DNA of 64,000 nucleotides from the human T2T-CHM13v2.0 reference genome, Homo sapiens: assembly GCF_009914755.1 (NCBI RefSeq), contig NC_060942.1. One strand, 5' to 3'. The notes under the pieces are model-generated. The model did no database searches. It was given only the letters and a program-made list of their open reading frames with translations, and was not told where the DNA came from. The number at the start of each line of letters is the position of its first letter. The first letter of the stretch is position 1. The position numbers and the translations under genes were made by a program. Positions 13,021 to 29,505 of this stretch are shown piece after piece.

Positions 13021-14039
13021 TATGCAGTTTCTATTTGTACTGCTGGTGGTTCAGGTGTTGGTGGAAACACTTTTCATGGTGTTGTCTGATTAAGGAAATC
13101 TAGGTACCTCACACTGCATTTATTCACTTAAATCATCAATTCATATAACTTTAGAGATGGAAGAGACTTGACTGAGGTCCAGCTGAGGAAACTGAGTCTC
13201 AGAAAGGTTGGGTTGTGGTTCGTCAGTATAGAGCTCAGGTTTCCAGGCTCGGGGATCCATGACCTTGGTGCTGTGGGCTAGGCTGAGAGGTCCCTGAAGG
13301 AAATGCAAGAACCAAACATTGTGAGCAAAAGCTTGGACTTTGGCAGAGGCTATAACTTCTTTTTACTCTGAGTAATGCTTCATTAATCGGTTTAGGAATT
13401 AACAAGATACTGAGACTTGGGCCAGTATGGGTTTTCAAAGATTGCATGTGTCTCCAAACACCACCTCTGAGTTCCTTCCAGGGAGTAGCCCACATGACCA
13501 TTGGTCTCCAGTGAATCACCAGGCCACATTTGCTGAAGTAAATGGAAGCATTGCGAGAGCAGAAAATCAGGACAGACACCTATACTTGCTAACCCAAACA
13601 ACCGCCCTTTCTGAGCCACTGGAGATCAGTTATCACCAAATGGACAGATACACTCGGCAAAGTTTTTGCAGGCTTCACAGCTTGTAAATAAGAGACTGCA
13701 TTCTTCATGCTCCCTCTTGTTGAATCTGGCAGAGGGAAGACCTCTGGCTCTAATCAGCTGGGCAATGACCAGTAGCTGGGCTGGCAGGAAAGAGTGATGA
13801 CTCCATTTGAATAAACTTTGTGAACCCACTATAGTTAATTCAGAGGACCCATATACTAAGAACACAGGGCTTCTTATCCATGGAAAATCATCCTGGGAAC
13901 ACCGGTTGCATGTTACTTATAATTTATAATGGCATACCAAATACAAATTGGCCTGTGTGGAATACATTGGCATAGATTTAACAATATTTAACATTTCTAT
14001 AATTCAACATTCTGTTCATTCTTTCTTATATTCTTTTTT

Positions 14040-14322
14040 TTCTCTTTTTTGCCATGGAGTCTCACTGTGTCACCCAGGCTGGCGCTATCTTGGCTCACTG
14101 CAACCTCCGCCTCCCGGGTTCAAGTGATTCTCTTGCCTCAGCCTCCGAGTAGCTGGGACTATAGGCGTGTGCTACCACGCCTGGCTAATTTTTGTATTTT
14201 TAGTAGAGATGGGGGGTTCATCACATTGGCCAGGCTGGTCTCGAACTCCTGACCTCAGGTGATTCACCCGCCTGGGCCTCCCAAAATGTTGGGATTACAG
14301 GTGTGAGCCACTGCACCCGGCC
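14040..14322 (-). mobile_element. AluS
   Basis: Alu consensus, antisense. Confidence 0.92.
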
Positions 14323-15167
14323 CATTGTTTCTTATATACTTATTATTCTTTGTACTTTTACCAGGACTTCCTTCTTTGTAGCTTTGTTTACCCTATTCTT
14401 CCATTTACATTTTACCGATCACTTGAGTCTCCAAAAAAAATTTCTGACTCTTTGATATCACTAGGCATGATTTCCAGTTGAGTCCTTCCAGGAGAAATTT
14501 CAGAAGGTGCCTCCTTTTCTTTCTAAATGGGTCAGAGATACCTTTATTTTGGAACTGACCATGGGAAGCCTTCAGTTGTTTATATCTTGAATTGGGGCAG
14601 CAGATGGAGCTTTTCTCCCCTGTCCCCAGCACCATCCAACCTTCTTTCCTTGACCTTTTAGAAGCATTTGACATTGTGGCCCTCTCCATCTTACCTGAAG
14701 CCTTCTCCCCCTTTTGACTCCGGAGACATCATAGATAAATCAGGGCTGTGGTGAAATGGAAACACTGTGCCTTCAGAGTCATGCAAATGGGGGTTTGAAT
14801 CTTGGCTCCACACAGCAGCTCTGAGGCTTGAACAAGTTCTGGAATCTCTCAAGGCTGCAGTGCTCTTATCTCAAAAAGGAGGGTGACATAATCTGCCTCG
14901 TATGCCAGTCTTCAGCCTTGAAGCCTTATTCAACTTCTGCTTTTTGAGGGTAGGGGCAGAGTTTGTACCCTGGAACATGATGCTAGCATAGTGCCTTTCA
15001 CAAGATGGGCACTCACTAATTTATCTGCTTTCCACTTCCCATTTTCAGCCTAGAGTCACACCATTCATTCATGCTCCATGTGTTAGGGTTCTCCAGGGAA
15101 ACAGAACCAATAGGATATATACATATATAATCCATATATTGGATTTTTGATTTTATATATATCCTTG

Positions 15168-15168
15168 A

Positions 15169-15233
<65 letters not shown>

Positions 15234-15269
15234 CAGACAGAGAGAGAGAGACAGAGAGACAGAGAGAGA
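15168..15269. repeat. (TA)n(GA)n(GACA)n compound microsatellite inside the MLT2 LTR
   Basis: Directly visible. Confidence 0.95.
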
Positions 15270-15444
15270 TTTGTTTTAAGAAATTGGCTCATGTGATTGT
15301 GAGGGCTGGCAAGTCTGAAATCTGTAGAGCAGGCCAGTAAGCTGGTGACTCAGGTGAGAACTGATGTTGGTCTTGAGTCTGAATTCCACAGGGCAGGAGT
15401 CTGGAAATGCAGGCAGGGTTTTTATGATGCAGTCTTGAAAATAA

Positions 15445-15750
<306 letters not shown>

Positions 15751-15813
15751 TGATTTCAGTGTTAGTCCCATCTAAAAAATACCTTCACAGTGACATCCAG
15801 ACTGGTGTTTGAT

Positions 15814-16403
<590 letters not shown>

Positions 16404-16976
16404 GCTGTGGTGTTTGATCAAGCAACTAGGCACCAGAGCCTAGCTAGGCTGACACATAAAATTAACTATCGCTCTCCACACGCTTGGCCACTGATCCTTA
16501 GCAACTGGGCCTCAGTCCAAAGTTAGAGAGCTTAACTGAAGAGGACATTGTGATGATGAAGCTTGCCGGGGGCCATAGGGATCTCTGTTAGAACTCCCTC
16601 AGGATCGGAATTCTATGTTATTGCTGGAGGCCTCTCTGAGGGTTCTTGGGGAAGTTATGTAGAAGGTGCCTCTGCTGAAGTCCTGGAGCTGACCACTCCC
16701 ACCGGCTTGGCTCTGGGCTCAGCTCTGTCATGGTTGAACTGTATGACCCTGGGCAAGTCATGGGCTCTTCTGGGCCTCAGTTTACTGTCTATAAATAGGG
16801 ACATTTGGACTTGATGTACCTGAAGTTCCCTTCTTGCTTTTAAACAGCTTCTCAGCTCCTTTTGTTTTACCACTAGCTTTGCAGAGACTTGTTAGGAATT
16901 TACAGCTTGTGATTGCTTCACTTTTTTGGAAATGGCTCTATGGTTTCAAACAACATTAACTTTAAAAAATTAACAA

Positions 16977-17310
<334 letters not shown>

Positions 17311-17509
17311 TTACTGACTAGATGCTTTTTTTTCTTTTAATCACTGCGATGTCATTCATCTAGTGAGCGCTCAATACGTGTTTTTTTGGATTAAAACATA
17401 TTTTAAAAATTTATATATCATTAAAAAGACATTTGCACTACAGAAGCTCCTGGGTGATGATAGGTAGACCCACCCTCTCCATTAACTATCTTGTAGTTTA
17501 GAGGACTCC

Positions 17510-17730
17510 AGAGTATATTGGAAAGAACCAAGGCTTTGCAATAATACAGACCTGGACTTAAATCCTGAATTTTCTACTTGTCAGCTGTGCAACCGTGGTC
17601 ATAATTCTTAATTTCTCTGAGACTCAGTTTATTTATCTGTAGAATTGGAGTAATGGGATATCTCCCAGAGTTGTTAAATGACATGTATGTGAACTGCCAA
17701 GCATACGGCTTAATAGAGTAAACTTGAAAT
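17510..17730 (+). mobile_element. MIR
   Basis: cagacctggacttaaatcc...ctctgagactcagtttatttatctgtagaattgg. Confidence 0.7.
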
Positions 17731-18384
17731 AAAAATGAGGTATTTTTTGTTCTCTTCCCTTGGACTGTGTGTGGAGTCCTGGAGCACTGTAATGCCACTA
17801 GGAAGTTTGAGGCAAGAGGCTCTCTTCCAGCGATGTCAAGAAACTTATTGCTTTTTTTTTTTTTAATCACATCAGATGGATGTGATTACCATCTGAGTGT
17901 GTCCCATCCAACAGAACGGGGTTAGGCTGTGAAGTGCTTTGCTTTTAAAACAGACAGTCCTGTACTCTAGGAATCAACAGTGCTTCCCTTTCAGGAAGAA
18001 GTGATGAATCATTACAGGAAATATTGTGTTTTTTTTTCCCCTCAAGTATCTTACCAATGAAAGTTATTAAAAATAGAAGCTTCGGTTGAGAACAACTTTG
18101 GGAGGAGTCAGAGTGGAGATGAATTTACTAGGGTTGAAGTCAACATCTTTGAGTGAGTTAATCTGGAGTTTTAATCCCTGTCACTGTCTCTCCAAGGACT
18201 CAAATCTTGGATCTTGAAAAAAAATTAATTGAAATGCTACTTGATTTCAAAAGACTTAGAATACCACTAATGATAGAAATAATGGTAACTTCTAAATAAG
18301 TAACCAAAATAGGCCTCTATTGGTAGCTGAGAAAAGCTCTTCCAGCTGCGGAAGACAGCGTGCGGCAGCGTGGGTGCTGGCGGA

Positions 18385-18977
<593 letters not shown>

Positions 18978-19212
18978 TGATTTGAATGAATGAATAAATA
19001 AAGAGGAGAAGACAGCAGAGGAGGTGGCTATGTTGCTCAGGAGGTGAGACTGACCCACATCTGCCCTCCAGCAGCGGTAAGCCCAAGGGAGGGTCTGACC
19101 ATCCTTTTTACAACATCATTTGTGCTGGAGCAGAAAGTACTCACTCTGTCATTTCTCTGGGTTTCATTCAAACCCTCAATGGCTGTTAATCACCATTAAC
19201 CAGTTCCTTTAA

Positions 19213-19743
<531 letters not shown>

Positions 19744-20044
19744 TGATCTCAGCCCCATCTCCTCTGAGCGGATTCCTCCACAGCAGCTGGGCTCACGCAG
19801 CCACTTGTCTCAGCTCCACCTTCTCATGGACTCAACAAAGCTGTTTCCAGCAGGGCTGATTTTAACCAAGGGCTGGGGGTCTCGGGTTCCTGCTCTTCTT
19901 TTCCAGAGTGGAAGGTGAGTTTGTTTTTTGCCTTACTCGGGGCCTTTTCCCTGCACTGGATGCTTCCTTACCTGTCAAGCCCAAGCAGCTTTTAGAACTG
20001 ATTGCTGACATTTGTGTTGAGAGAAGAGAGAATGAAAAAGAGCG

Positions 20045-20274
20045 GGCTGCGCGTTGTGGCTCACGCCTGTAATCCTAGTACTTTGGGAGGCCGAGGCGGG
20101 TGGATCACTTCAGGTCAGGAGTTCAAGACCAGCCTGGCCAACATGGTGAAACCCTGTCTCTACTAAAAATACAAAAATTAGCCGGAAATCGCTTGAACCC
20201 GGGAGGCAGAGGTTGCACTGAGCCGAGATCGTGCCACTGCACTCCAGCCTGGGCAACAGAGCGAGGCTCTGTCT

Positions 20275-20305
<31 letters not shown>
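20045..20305 (+). mobile_element. AluS lacking ~50 bp at the start of the right arm
   Basis: aaaaattagccgg joined directly to aaatcgcttgaacc. Confidence 0.9.
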
Positions 20306-20309
<4 letters not shown>

Positions 20310-20739
20310 AAGCACTACAGAGAACTCGAGCAGGCTATTTCTGGAGAACCTGCTCCCTGTCACCCCTTTTAGTGCTGGGCAGGGCTGGAAGAGATTGTCA
20401 TTTGTTGACTGTCCTTGGGCTCTTGAAACGGAGTCAAACAGCTTCGTGTCTGCGACCCAGACCTCTGGTGGTGGGTCCCAGGGAGGGATGGCTTTGTTCT
20501 GTTCATCTTGTCTATCCCTCCATTTGGGCCACGGAGGGAAGGGAGTCTCTGGCCAGCCTCACTCCTGAACACACGGAGGCTGAGGCGGGCCTAAGTTCTG
20601 TGGCAGGCGAGAGCTGTTCACAGATTGTGTTCTTGGAGGTTTGCTGCTCACATTCCAGCAGGGTCAGGAAACAGGAAGCCAAACAAAGGAAAGAAACACA
20701 GAGGAAGAGACCTAAAGGGACAGAGACAAGAAGAGGCAC

Positions 20740-21035
<296 letters not shown>

Positions 21036-21202
21036 AAAAGAGTGACACTTTCAAATCCGATCCAGAAGTCTCGTCCTACTAACTTGGAGTAGAGTTGGCA
21101 ATGGGAATGGAGACTTTTAAAATTAAATATTTTTATGTTAATGAGACATACAAAAAAGCAGAAGATTTATCTTACATATGTACAGTTTAAGGAATAATAA
21201 TG

Positions 21203-21405
21203 CAGCCTGACCAACATGGCAAAAATTTGTCTCTACAAAAAACACAAAAATTAGCTGGGCATGGCGGCATACACCTGTAGTACCTGCTACTTGGGAGGCT
21301 GAGGTGGGAGAATCGCTTGAGCCCAGGAGTTCAAGGCTGCTGTGTGCCATGATTGTGCCACTGCACTCCAGCCTGGGCAATAGAGTGAGACCCTGTCTCA
21401 AAAAG
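21203..21405 (+). mobile_element. 5'-truncated AluJ
   Basis: Starts mid left arm. Confidence 0.85.
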
Positions 21406-22152
21406 AACACAAATCCTCAGGTCCTCACCACCCAGTTTAAGAAATAGAGCACTACCAGGATCTTAAAACCCCTGTGGGGCTGAAGGGGCCATTTTCAGGT
21501 ACCTATGGCTATCTAATCCACTGCCAAATGTCTGAATTTACCATTCATCTACATTTAAATATGGCAAATTAGCACCTTTTTTGGCATTCTTGAGAAAAGA
21601 ATTGGTTTTAATGACTTGAAGGATTCCCTACTTCCCTAACACCCTATCATTTGCCTTTTCCCAGCCCTGAAACCATTAAGGATTTTCCTCAGCTTTTGTC
21701 TGCAAAAAAAGGGTTGTTAATGCACCCAGGGAGACCTGTTCCTGTTAATAACATCTGTTTAGCCTACCCCATTCTTCCTAAATGCTATAGATATTAGAGC
21801 CAGGCATCGGTACAGACTTAAGGAAAGAGCAACTGAATCCATTTGCAACACAGCTAAGATATACAGTAAGGTATACTATAAACTACTCTACAGTATTTTA
21901 TGGGGTGGGAGTGAGGAAGGGATAGGTAGGTTGCAAATTTGATTTTCTTCCTTTTAATATACAGGCACTGAAGGCAAGGAAGATCTTCCTTCTTCTTTCT
22001 CTGGCCTCTCTTCCAGAGAGGCCAATATCCCTCTTCCAGAGGGATATTGTAGAACGATTTCCTGTGTTCTGCATGATGACCTTGGGAACCACAGCTGGGG
22101 TGGGTAGCTGGATGGTGCAGGTAGGCGTAGATGGAGATTGTCTTTATTGCCT

Positions 22153-22465
22153 TTTTTTTTTTTTTTTTTTTTCCTGAGACGGTCTCACTTTGTCACCCAG
22201 GCTGGGGAGCAGGGGTGTGATCTTGGCTCCCTGCGGCCTCGACTTCCTGGGCTCCAGTGATCTTCCCACTTCAGCCCCCCAAGTGGTTGGGACTACAGGC
22301 ATGCACCACCACCCCGGCTAATTTTTTTTTTTTTTTGGTATTTTTTTGTGGAGATGGGGTTTTGCCATGTTGCCCAGGTTGGTCTCAAACTCCTGAGCTC
22401 AAGCGATCTGCCTGCCTCGGCCTCCCAAAATGCTGGGATTACAGGGGTGAGCCACCTCTCCTGGC
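22153..22465 (-). mobile_element. AluJb-type
   Basis: Antisense full-length Alu; TSD GAGATTGTCTT. Confidence 0.9.
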
Positions 22466-23109
22466 TGAGATTGTCTTAAGACAGATGCTGCTGAGAAGCC
22501 TTGCTGAGCTGTCCTGAGTGTCTGCCGGCAGCTGAAAGTCAAGAAGCATCTTACATCTTTGCTTGTTACTCAGAAGCAAGCTGTGATGAAGTTTCATGCA
22601 CATATATCATGGTTTGTGTGTACCTGCCAACTCTTCATTTTCTGGATGTCACCAGCCTTTTTTTGGACCAGGATTTTTAGGTACCTTCCACCCCATTTTT
22701 ACATCATCGCTCGCTAAGCTGGACCTGAGCCAACTTTCATCTCGGCTACCTTTTCCTGCCTCTTTGGCGGGGCCTGGAGAGGAACCGTGTGAGATCCGAT
22801 GAACCGTCTCCCTTGGCCAGGTTTCAGAGCAGCCCTCCCTCTTCCCAGGCTTATTGCCCAGAATTCCCATGATCTGACACCACCAGGTGGAGCTTTTTGG
22901 TCTTGAACCCAGATGAGCTTCTGGGCTTGGGGCTTTGGGGGATCTTTTTGGATTTGGCAGTATCACTGATGGTCAAGGTCTGGGCAAAGGAGAAGAAGCT
23001 CCTTCTTATTCTCGTTTATGAAGATTCATGCCACTTTACAGAAGACTAATCCCGAGAGCTTCAGGCCCTGAATGTGGAACCTTCTTCTGAGTCTTGTTAT
23101 TTTTTCCCG

Positions 23110-23325
23110 CCTAGAGACAGGGTCCTGCTTTGTTGCCCAGGCTGGAGTACAGTGGCGCAATCATAGCTCACTGAAGCCTGAAACTCCTGGAGTCAAGTGA
23201 TCTGTCCTCACCTCAGCCTGCAGAGTAGTTGAGACACAGGTTCATGCCACCATGCCTAGCTTATTTTTCTTATTTTTAACTTGTTTTTTTTTATGTAGAG
23301 ATGGGGTCTTGCTCTGTTGCTCAGC
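23110..23325 (-). mobile_element. Partial AluJ
   Basis: Right arm plus part of the left arm. Confidence 0.8.
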
Positions 23326-23502
23326 TAGATTCTGAGTCTTTTCTAGCTTGCACAGGACCTCAGAACAATTAAGGATGACCAGAGGGTGAAGTCACTAGTC
23401 AGGCAGAGACTAAGTCATCAGCTAACAGCAGGTGATCTTGACCTTGGGCCTGCCAATGTGTGGACTTACTTGTAAAATTTTTATTACATTCCATTTTTAA
23501 AG

Positions 23503-24202
23503 TTTTATTTTAGGTTCAGGGGTACAGTGCAGGTTTGTTCTATAGGTAAACTCATGTCACGGGGGTTCATTGCATAGATTATTTTGTCACTTGGGTACTA
23601 GGCCTAGTACCCAATAGTTATTTTTTCTGCTCCTCTCCCCCCTCCCACCCTCCACCCTCAAAGAGGCCCTATTGTCTGCTGTTCCCCTGTTTATGTTCAT
23701 GTGTTCTCATCATTTAGCTTCCACTTGCAAGTCAGAACATGCAGTATTTGATTTTCTCTTCCTACATTATTTTGCTAAGGATAATGGCCTCCAACTCCAT
23801 CCATGTCCCTGCAAAGGACATAATTTTGTTCTTCTTTATGGCTGCATAGTATTCCATGGTGTATATGTACCACACTTCCTTTATCCAATCTGTCACTGAT
23901 GGGCATTTAGGTTGATTCCATGTCTTTGCTATTGTGAATAGTGCTGCAGTGAACATATGCATGCATATGTCTTTATGGTAGAATGGTTTATATTCCTCTG
24001 GGTATATACCCAGTAATGGGATTACTGGGTTGAATGGTAGTTCTGTTTTTTGCTCTTTCAGGAATTGCCATACTGTTTTCCACAATGGTTGAACTAATTT
24101 ACCTCCCACCAACAGTGTGTAAGTGTTTCCTTTTCTCTGCAACCTCACCAGTGTCTGTTATTTTTTGACTTTTTAATAATAACCATTCTGATTGGTGTGA
24201 GA
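23503..24202 (-). mobile_element. L1PA/PB (older primate L1) 3' end including ORF2 C-terminal remnant
   Basis: ORF 23762-24148(-) translates to the L1 ORF2p tail (LVQPLWKTVW...MFTAALFTIAKTWNQPKCPS...EYYAAIKK...WMELEAIILSK). Confidence 0.95.
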
Positions 24203-25244
24203 TAATATTTTGTATGTATATAGGTCTGCACATTTTTCCGGGGAAAAGTTCATTGCTTTCATCAGATTCTCAAAGGCACATGTAATGCAAAGTAGGTTAA
24301 GAACAAGGGATCACTTCTGATTGCTTGGTTTGTAACAAAATAAGAAAAATAAGGAGATACAATTCAGCTTCTCATAAAGCTACAATTCTAAGAATGCCTT
24401 TTATTCTGGGATTATGCCCATTCACTGTCTCTCTCTTTTTGCTATTAGGTTTTCTTTTATGGGATGATGGTCTAGTGAATTGTAATTACAAAAAAAAAAT
24501 TTCTCTCTTGACAAAGCCGGAAGTTGGTAAAATCTTCAACTAAGAGTTCTTTCTTTTTTTCTGGCTTGTGAAATCCCACATCCTGGAAACCACTAATCTA
24601 GAGGGTTGTCTTTCTATCTGCACGTGATTTAGGGGTGTGCGGTTGTACACCATTCTTCCCCTCACACTCCCCCATGTATATGAAGGTTGTCTTTTATTAT
24701 GTGCAAACCTTTCTTAAAGAACATGATATAAACATAACTCTTCCTGGCTCCAAAAAACATAACTATCACTTTGGGCAAATAATCTAATCTTCCTGGGCCT
24801 CAATTATCTTATTAAAATGAGGAAGATGGGCTGGGAGCTCTGAAGGTTCTGTCCAGATCTAACATGATGTTATTGAAGTGAATGCATGTGAGGCCAGACA
24901 GGAAAGGCTGAAGTACAGATCAGGGCCTTGAGGGAGGAGATCAGAGGCAGGGGGAGAACCCTGTCTTTTGATTTTCCTCAAAAGCAGAGTAAAAGAAAAG
25001 ATTTTGGATGTATTTAAAATTTTGGTCTACATGATTCAGTGAACTCATATGCTAATTTATTTATTTATTTTTAATTTCACAGCCTAGACCTTACAAGCTA
25101 ATCTGGTTTTATGAGGTGTTCTTTGTAAGATTATGTAAAATTAATGTAAAATTTAATGTAAAATTATCCAAAAGTGGATAATATGCTTTTTGAGACAAAG
25201 ATGGGTAAAGGAAAACTGATCAAAATCAGCCAAAAGAATAATGA

Positions 25245-26024
<780 letters not shown>

Positions 26025-26064
26025 TCACTTGAAAGCTCCCACTCCCTGTGGCCACTCCTTTAAA

Positions 26065-26230
26065 ACAGAGCCTTGCTCCTCAAAATATGGTCTGATCACC
26101 TGCAGCGTGGGCATCCCCTGGGAGCTTGTTGGAGCAGCTCAGGCTCTGTCCCAGACCTATTCAAGCCAAATCTGGATTTAGCAAGACTCTCGAGGGATTT
26201 GTATTCAAGTAAAAGTTTGAGGAGCACTAG
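26065..26230. mobile_element. MER5A-like DNA transposon
   Basis: ctcaaaatatggtc...gcatcccctgggagcttgtt...ccagacctatt...aaagtttgaggagcact. Confidence 0.65.
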
Positions 26231-26429
26231 TTTAGATGATTCTGCTTTAGAAAAAACTTTCCCTACGCGTTAATACTTATCAAGTGTTCCCTTGCTTTAT
26301 GGCTGAAGAAGGAAAGCATCACACTAAGGATGGAGAGAAGGCTGTCCTGGTTGGGGAGGGTGGAGTCCTTGCTCTACTGAGAGGGTGTGCATTTCTGAAC
26401 CCTTGTTGCCTGTTTCTCTCCTTGAAAAC

Positions 26430-26645
26430 TGAATATGTCATAGGATGTACAACACCAAGGGTGAGCCCTAACACGGACTATGGACTTTGGATTGTAACCA
26501 ACGTAGCACTCTGGTGCAGGATGTGGGGATGCGGATAGTGGGTGGGGCTGTGCGTGCTGGGGGAACAAGGGGTCTGTGAGAGCTCCGTACTTTCTGCCCA
26601 ATTTTGCTATGAACCTAAGACTGCCCTAAAAAATAAGGTGTATTC
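26430..26645 (+). mobile_element. L1MC-type 3' end
   Basis: tgtacaacaccaagggtgagccctaa...actatggactttgg...caattttgctatgaacctaa...aaaaaataa. Confidence 0.8.
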
Positions 26646-27234
26646 AAACCTGAACACACCTTAATGTATTCAGGCTGTGGGCCTTGCCGAAGATGGGACA
26701 GCTAGTAAGATAATGCCTGTTAAATTCTTTTTTAAAAAAATCATTTGGATAAAAGTGCTTTTGAAAGACAGGGTTTTGTCAAGTGCTATGATCTCATCAT
26801 CTGGCAGCCCCGGCGGGCAAGGAGTCCAAGGGAAACCCAGGGCGTTGACAAGTGGGTGACTCAGGTGCCGGCCCTGCTGGCGGTGAGCAACTGCGGGGTT
26901 GGAACCCGTGGGAGGGGCAGGGAGATGTGCTGAGCTCCTTTCTGGCCAGTGCTGATGTCATCAAAGCCCCAGGGCTAAGGCTGTGCTTTCCACCTGCCCT
27001 CAGAAGCACCAGTACTCCTGGTTTCTTATTTATTTATTTTTTCTCTTCTCTCTGGTTTTCTGGGTTGTGTTTTCCCCTTTGTTCTTAAATAGTTAGTTGG
27101 GACCTGTGGTAGCTCTTTCAAGGGCTCTGCTAACACAGGACAGCCCTGGACCTTGGCTTATAGGGACTTTATATCCTCATTGTCAGTCCCTGGGGCAGTT
27201 AATATGCCTGAAACGCCCTCCACTCCCTCTTAAA

Positions 27235-27263
<29 letters not shown>
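27235..27263. repeat. (TG)n microsatellite
   Basis: Directly visible. Confidence 0.95.
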
Positions 27264-27266
<3 letters not shown>

Positions 27267-27749
27267 GTTTATTTAATACTATTCTGTAGCATAGGTAAAA
27301 GGCTTTAAAAAAACCTTTTCTGCTATCTCATTTGATTCTAAAGACAGTGTCTGGTCAATGGATGGGTGATGGTATTAGGAACACAGGCTGGGTGTCAATC
27401 ATCCTCCAGTTAATGCAGAAAGAAGGATTCAGTGAGTGAAGTGACTTGCTTAAGGGCACACAGCTCTGTGCAGGTGGGCAACGTGGGAAGGCTCCCAGGG
27501 CTCTCCCTTACAAATCCCCAGGCATCTGGCTTCCTAAGCCTGAGGCCTTACTTGTCCTGCCTAAATACTACTAGGTCAGCAAAACTTGTTAGCCATAAAG
27601 AGAGAACACTAACCCTGTGTGTCACAGGGGATTCAGGATCAGGGTGGTAGAAACCAATAGGGCCATTTTTTCCTCTGGGCTGTGCTGTTTCTGCCAAGCA
27701 CCTTCTTGTTTTTATCCATAATAAAAATAAGTGCTAAGTTTTTCATTTT

Positions 27750-28033
27750 ACTTATTTTTTAGATTTTGGGTGTGTTGCCTAGGCTGGAGTGCAGTGGTGT
27801 GATCATTACTCACTGCCGTCTGCAGTCTTGACTTTCCAGGCTCGCTACAGCCTCCAGAGCAGCTGGGATTACAGGTGCACACCACCACAGCCGGCTAATT
27901 GTTTTTTTTTTTTTTTAGAGATGAGGTCTTGCTGTGTCACCCAGGCTGATCTTGAACTCCTGGCCTCAAGTTATCCGCCAGCCTTAGTCTCTCAAGTTGC
28001 TAGGATTATAGGCGTGAGCAACCAAGCTCAGCT
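27750..28033 (-). mobile_element. Degenerate AluJ
   Basis: Antisense Alu; TSD GTGCTAAGTTTT. Confidence 0.85.
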
Positions 28034-28877
28034 GGTGCTAAGTTTTAAGAAATAAAATAACCAGAAAAATTAGGCCAAGTGAAATAGTTCAACTTAGCTT
28101 AGCAATGGCAAGCTCAGGTCTTTTCCAAATAATGAGGAAACCTGGTGAAACCACAGTAACCTCAGTGAGCTGTGGCCTTTGCTGACGAGATGGGTGATCA
28201 GAATTTGAGGCAAATGGTCCAAGTAGCTGTTTATCGTCTTCAACTTTCACAGCTTCCATTCCAAGCCAATAACTCACTTCTGGGCCCCACAAGTGACCTG
28301 TGTTCTACACCTCTATCAATTTTCCCCGAGGTGACTTATTCATTAGCAAATGTGAAAAATTACTAATTAGCACCCCTTCCATGTGAAAGCAGTCTAGACT
28401 ATTGGTGGGTGTTCAAAAAGGAAGACAACTTCTCCCATCCTCTTGCCTTCTGAGATACTTGGATTTACACAGGAAGGATGTCTCCACTAATGAAACTACC
28501 ACAGCCTTAGAGACATTTTAAATGGAAAAAGTGGATATAAAAGTAATGCTAAAAAAGTTTGAAAAGGCACACTGGCAGCAATGAGGTGAAAAAAAAGGTC
28601 TGAAGAAAATGTAAAAAACCCATAAAACCCATAATACTACCATCTTCATATGATAGAAGCATTTATATATTTTCATATTTTCTAGTTTTGGTCCACAAAT
28701 AAAGACACATTTATTTGGCATTGTGGCAAGCTCATTGTAACATACTCACTGAATATTATCCATTCCTCCCACCTATATCCTATGTTTATACATTGCCTTC
28801 ATAATGATCATTTTTGATGTCTGCATAATATTGATCATGTGGACACCCTGAATGTACTAAGCAAACTCTTGATTTAA

Positions 28878-29505
28878 TTTTTTTTTTTTTTTGAGATAGG
28901 GTCTCCCTCTGTCACCCAGGCTGGAGTGCAGTGGCACAATCATAGCTCACTGTAACCTTGAACTCCTGGGCTCGAGGATCCCTCTTCAGCCTCCTGAGTA
29001 GCCATCACTACAAGCATGTGCCCTCATGCCCAGCTAAAATCTACTCTCTTGGCAAATTACCACTATATAATACAATATTATTAATTATAATCCTCATGTT
29101 GTACATCAGATCTCTTTAACTTATTTATCCTACATAATTGCAACTTTGTACCTTTTGACCAAAGGAAATGAAATCACCACCTTATAAAGGTATCTGCATT
29201 CCCTCATTCATTGCAGCATTATTCACAATAGCCAAGATCGGGAACCAACCAAAGTGTACATAGACAGATGAGTGGATAAAGAAATTGCAGTATAGCTATC
29301 TGTCTCTATACACATATAATGGAATATTATTCAGCCTTTACAAAGAAGATGGAAATTCTGTCATTTGAGACGAAATGGATGAACTTACAGGACAATATGT
29401 TAAGTAACATAAGGCAGGCACAGAAGGAAGAATACTGCATGCTGCCACTTATGTGTGGAGTCTGAAAAGAAATTAAATATGGGAAGGAGGAGGCAGGAAA
29501 TGGGA
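28878..29505 (-). mobile_element. Composite: Alu monomer (28878-29036) + L1MA 3' UTR antisense (29037-29160) + inverted L1MA segment (29161-29505)
   Basis: L1 orientation switches at ttttgacc|aaaggaaatgaaatc; flanked by an older antisense L1ME-like host. Confidence 0.75.

Noticed and set aside
23762-24148. 128-aa ORF with real protein similarity
   Set aside because: C-terminal remnant of L1 ORF2p in a 5'-truncated dead element, not a host gene.
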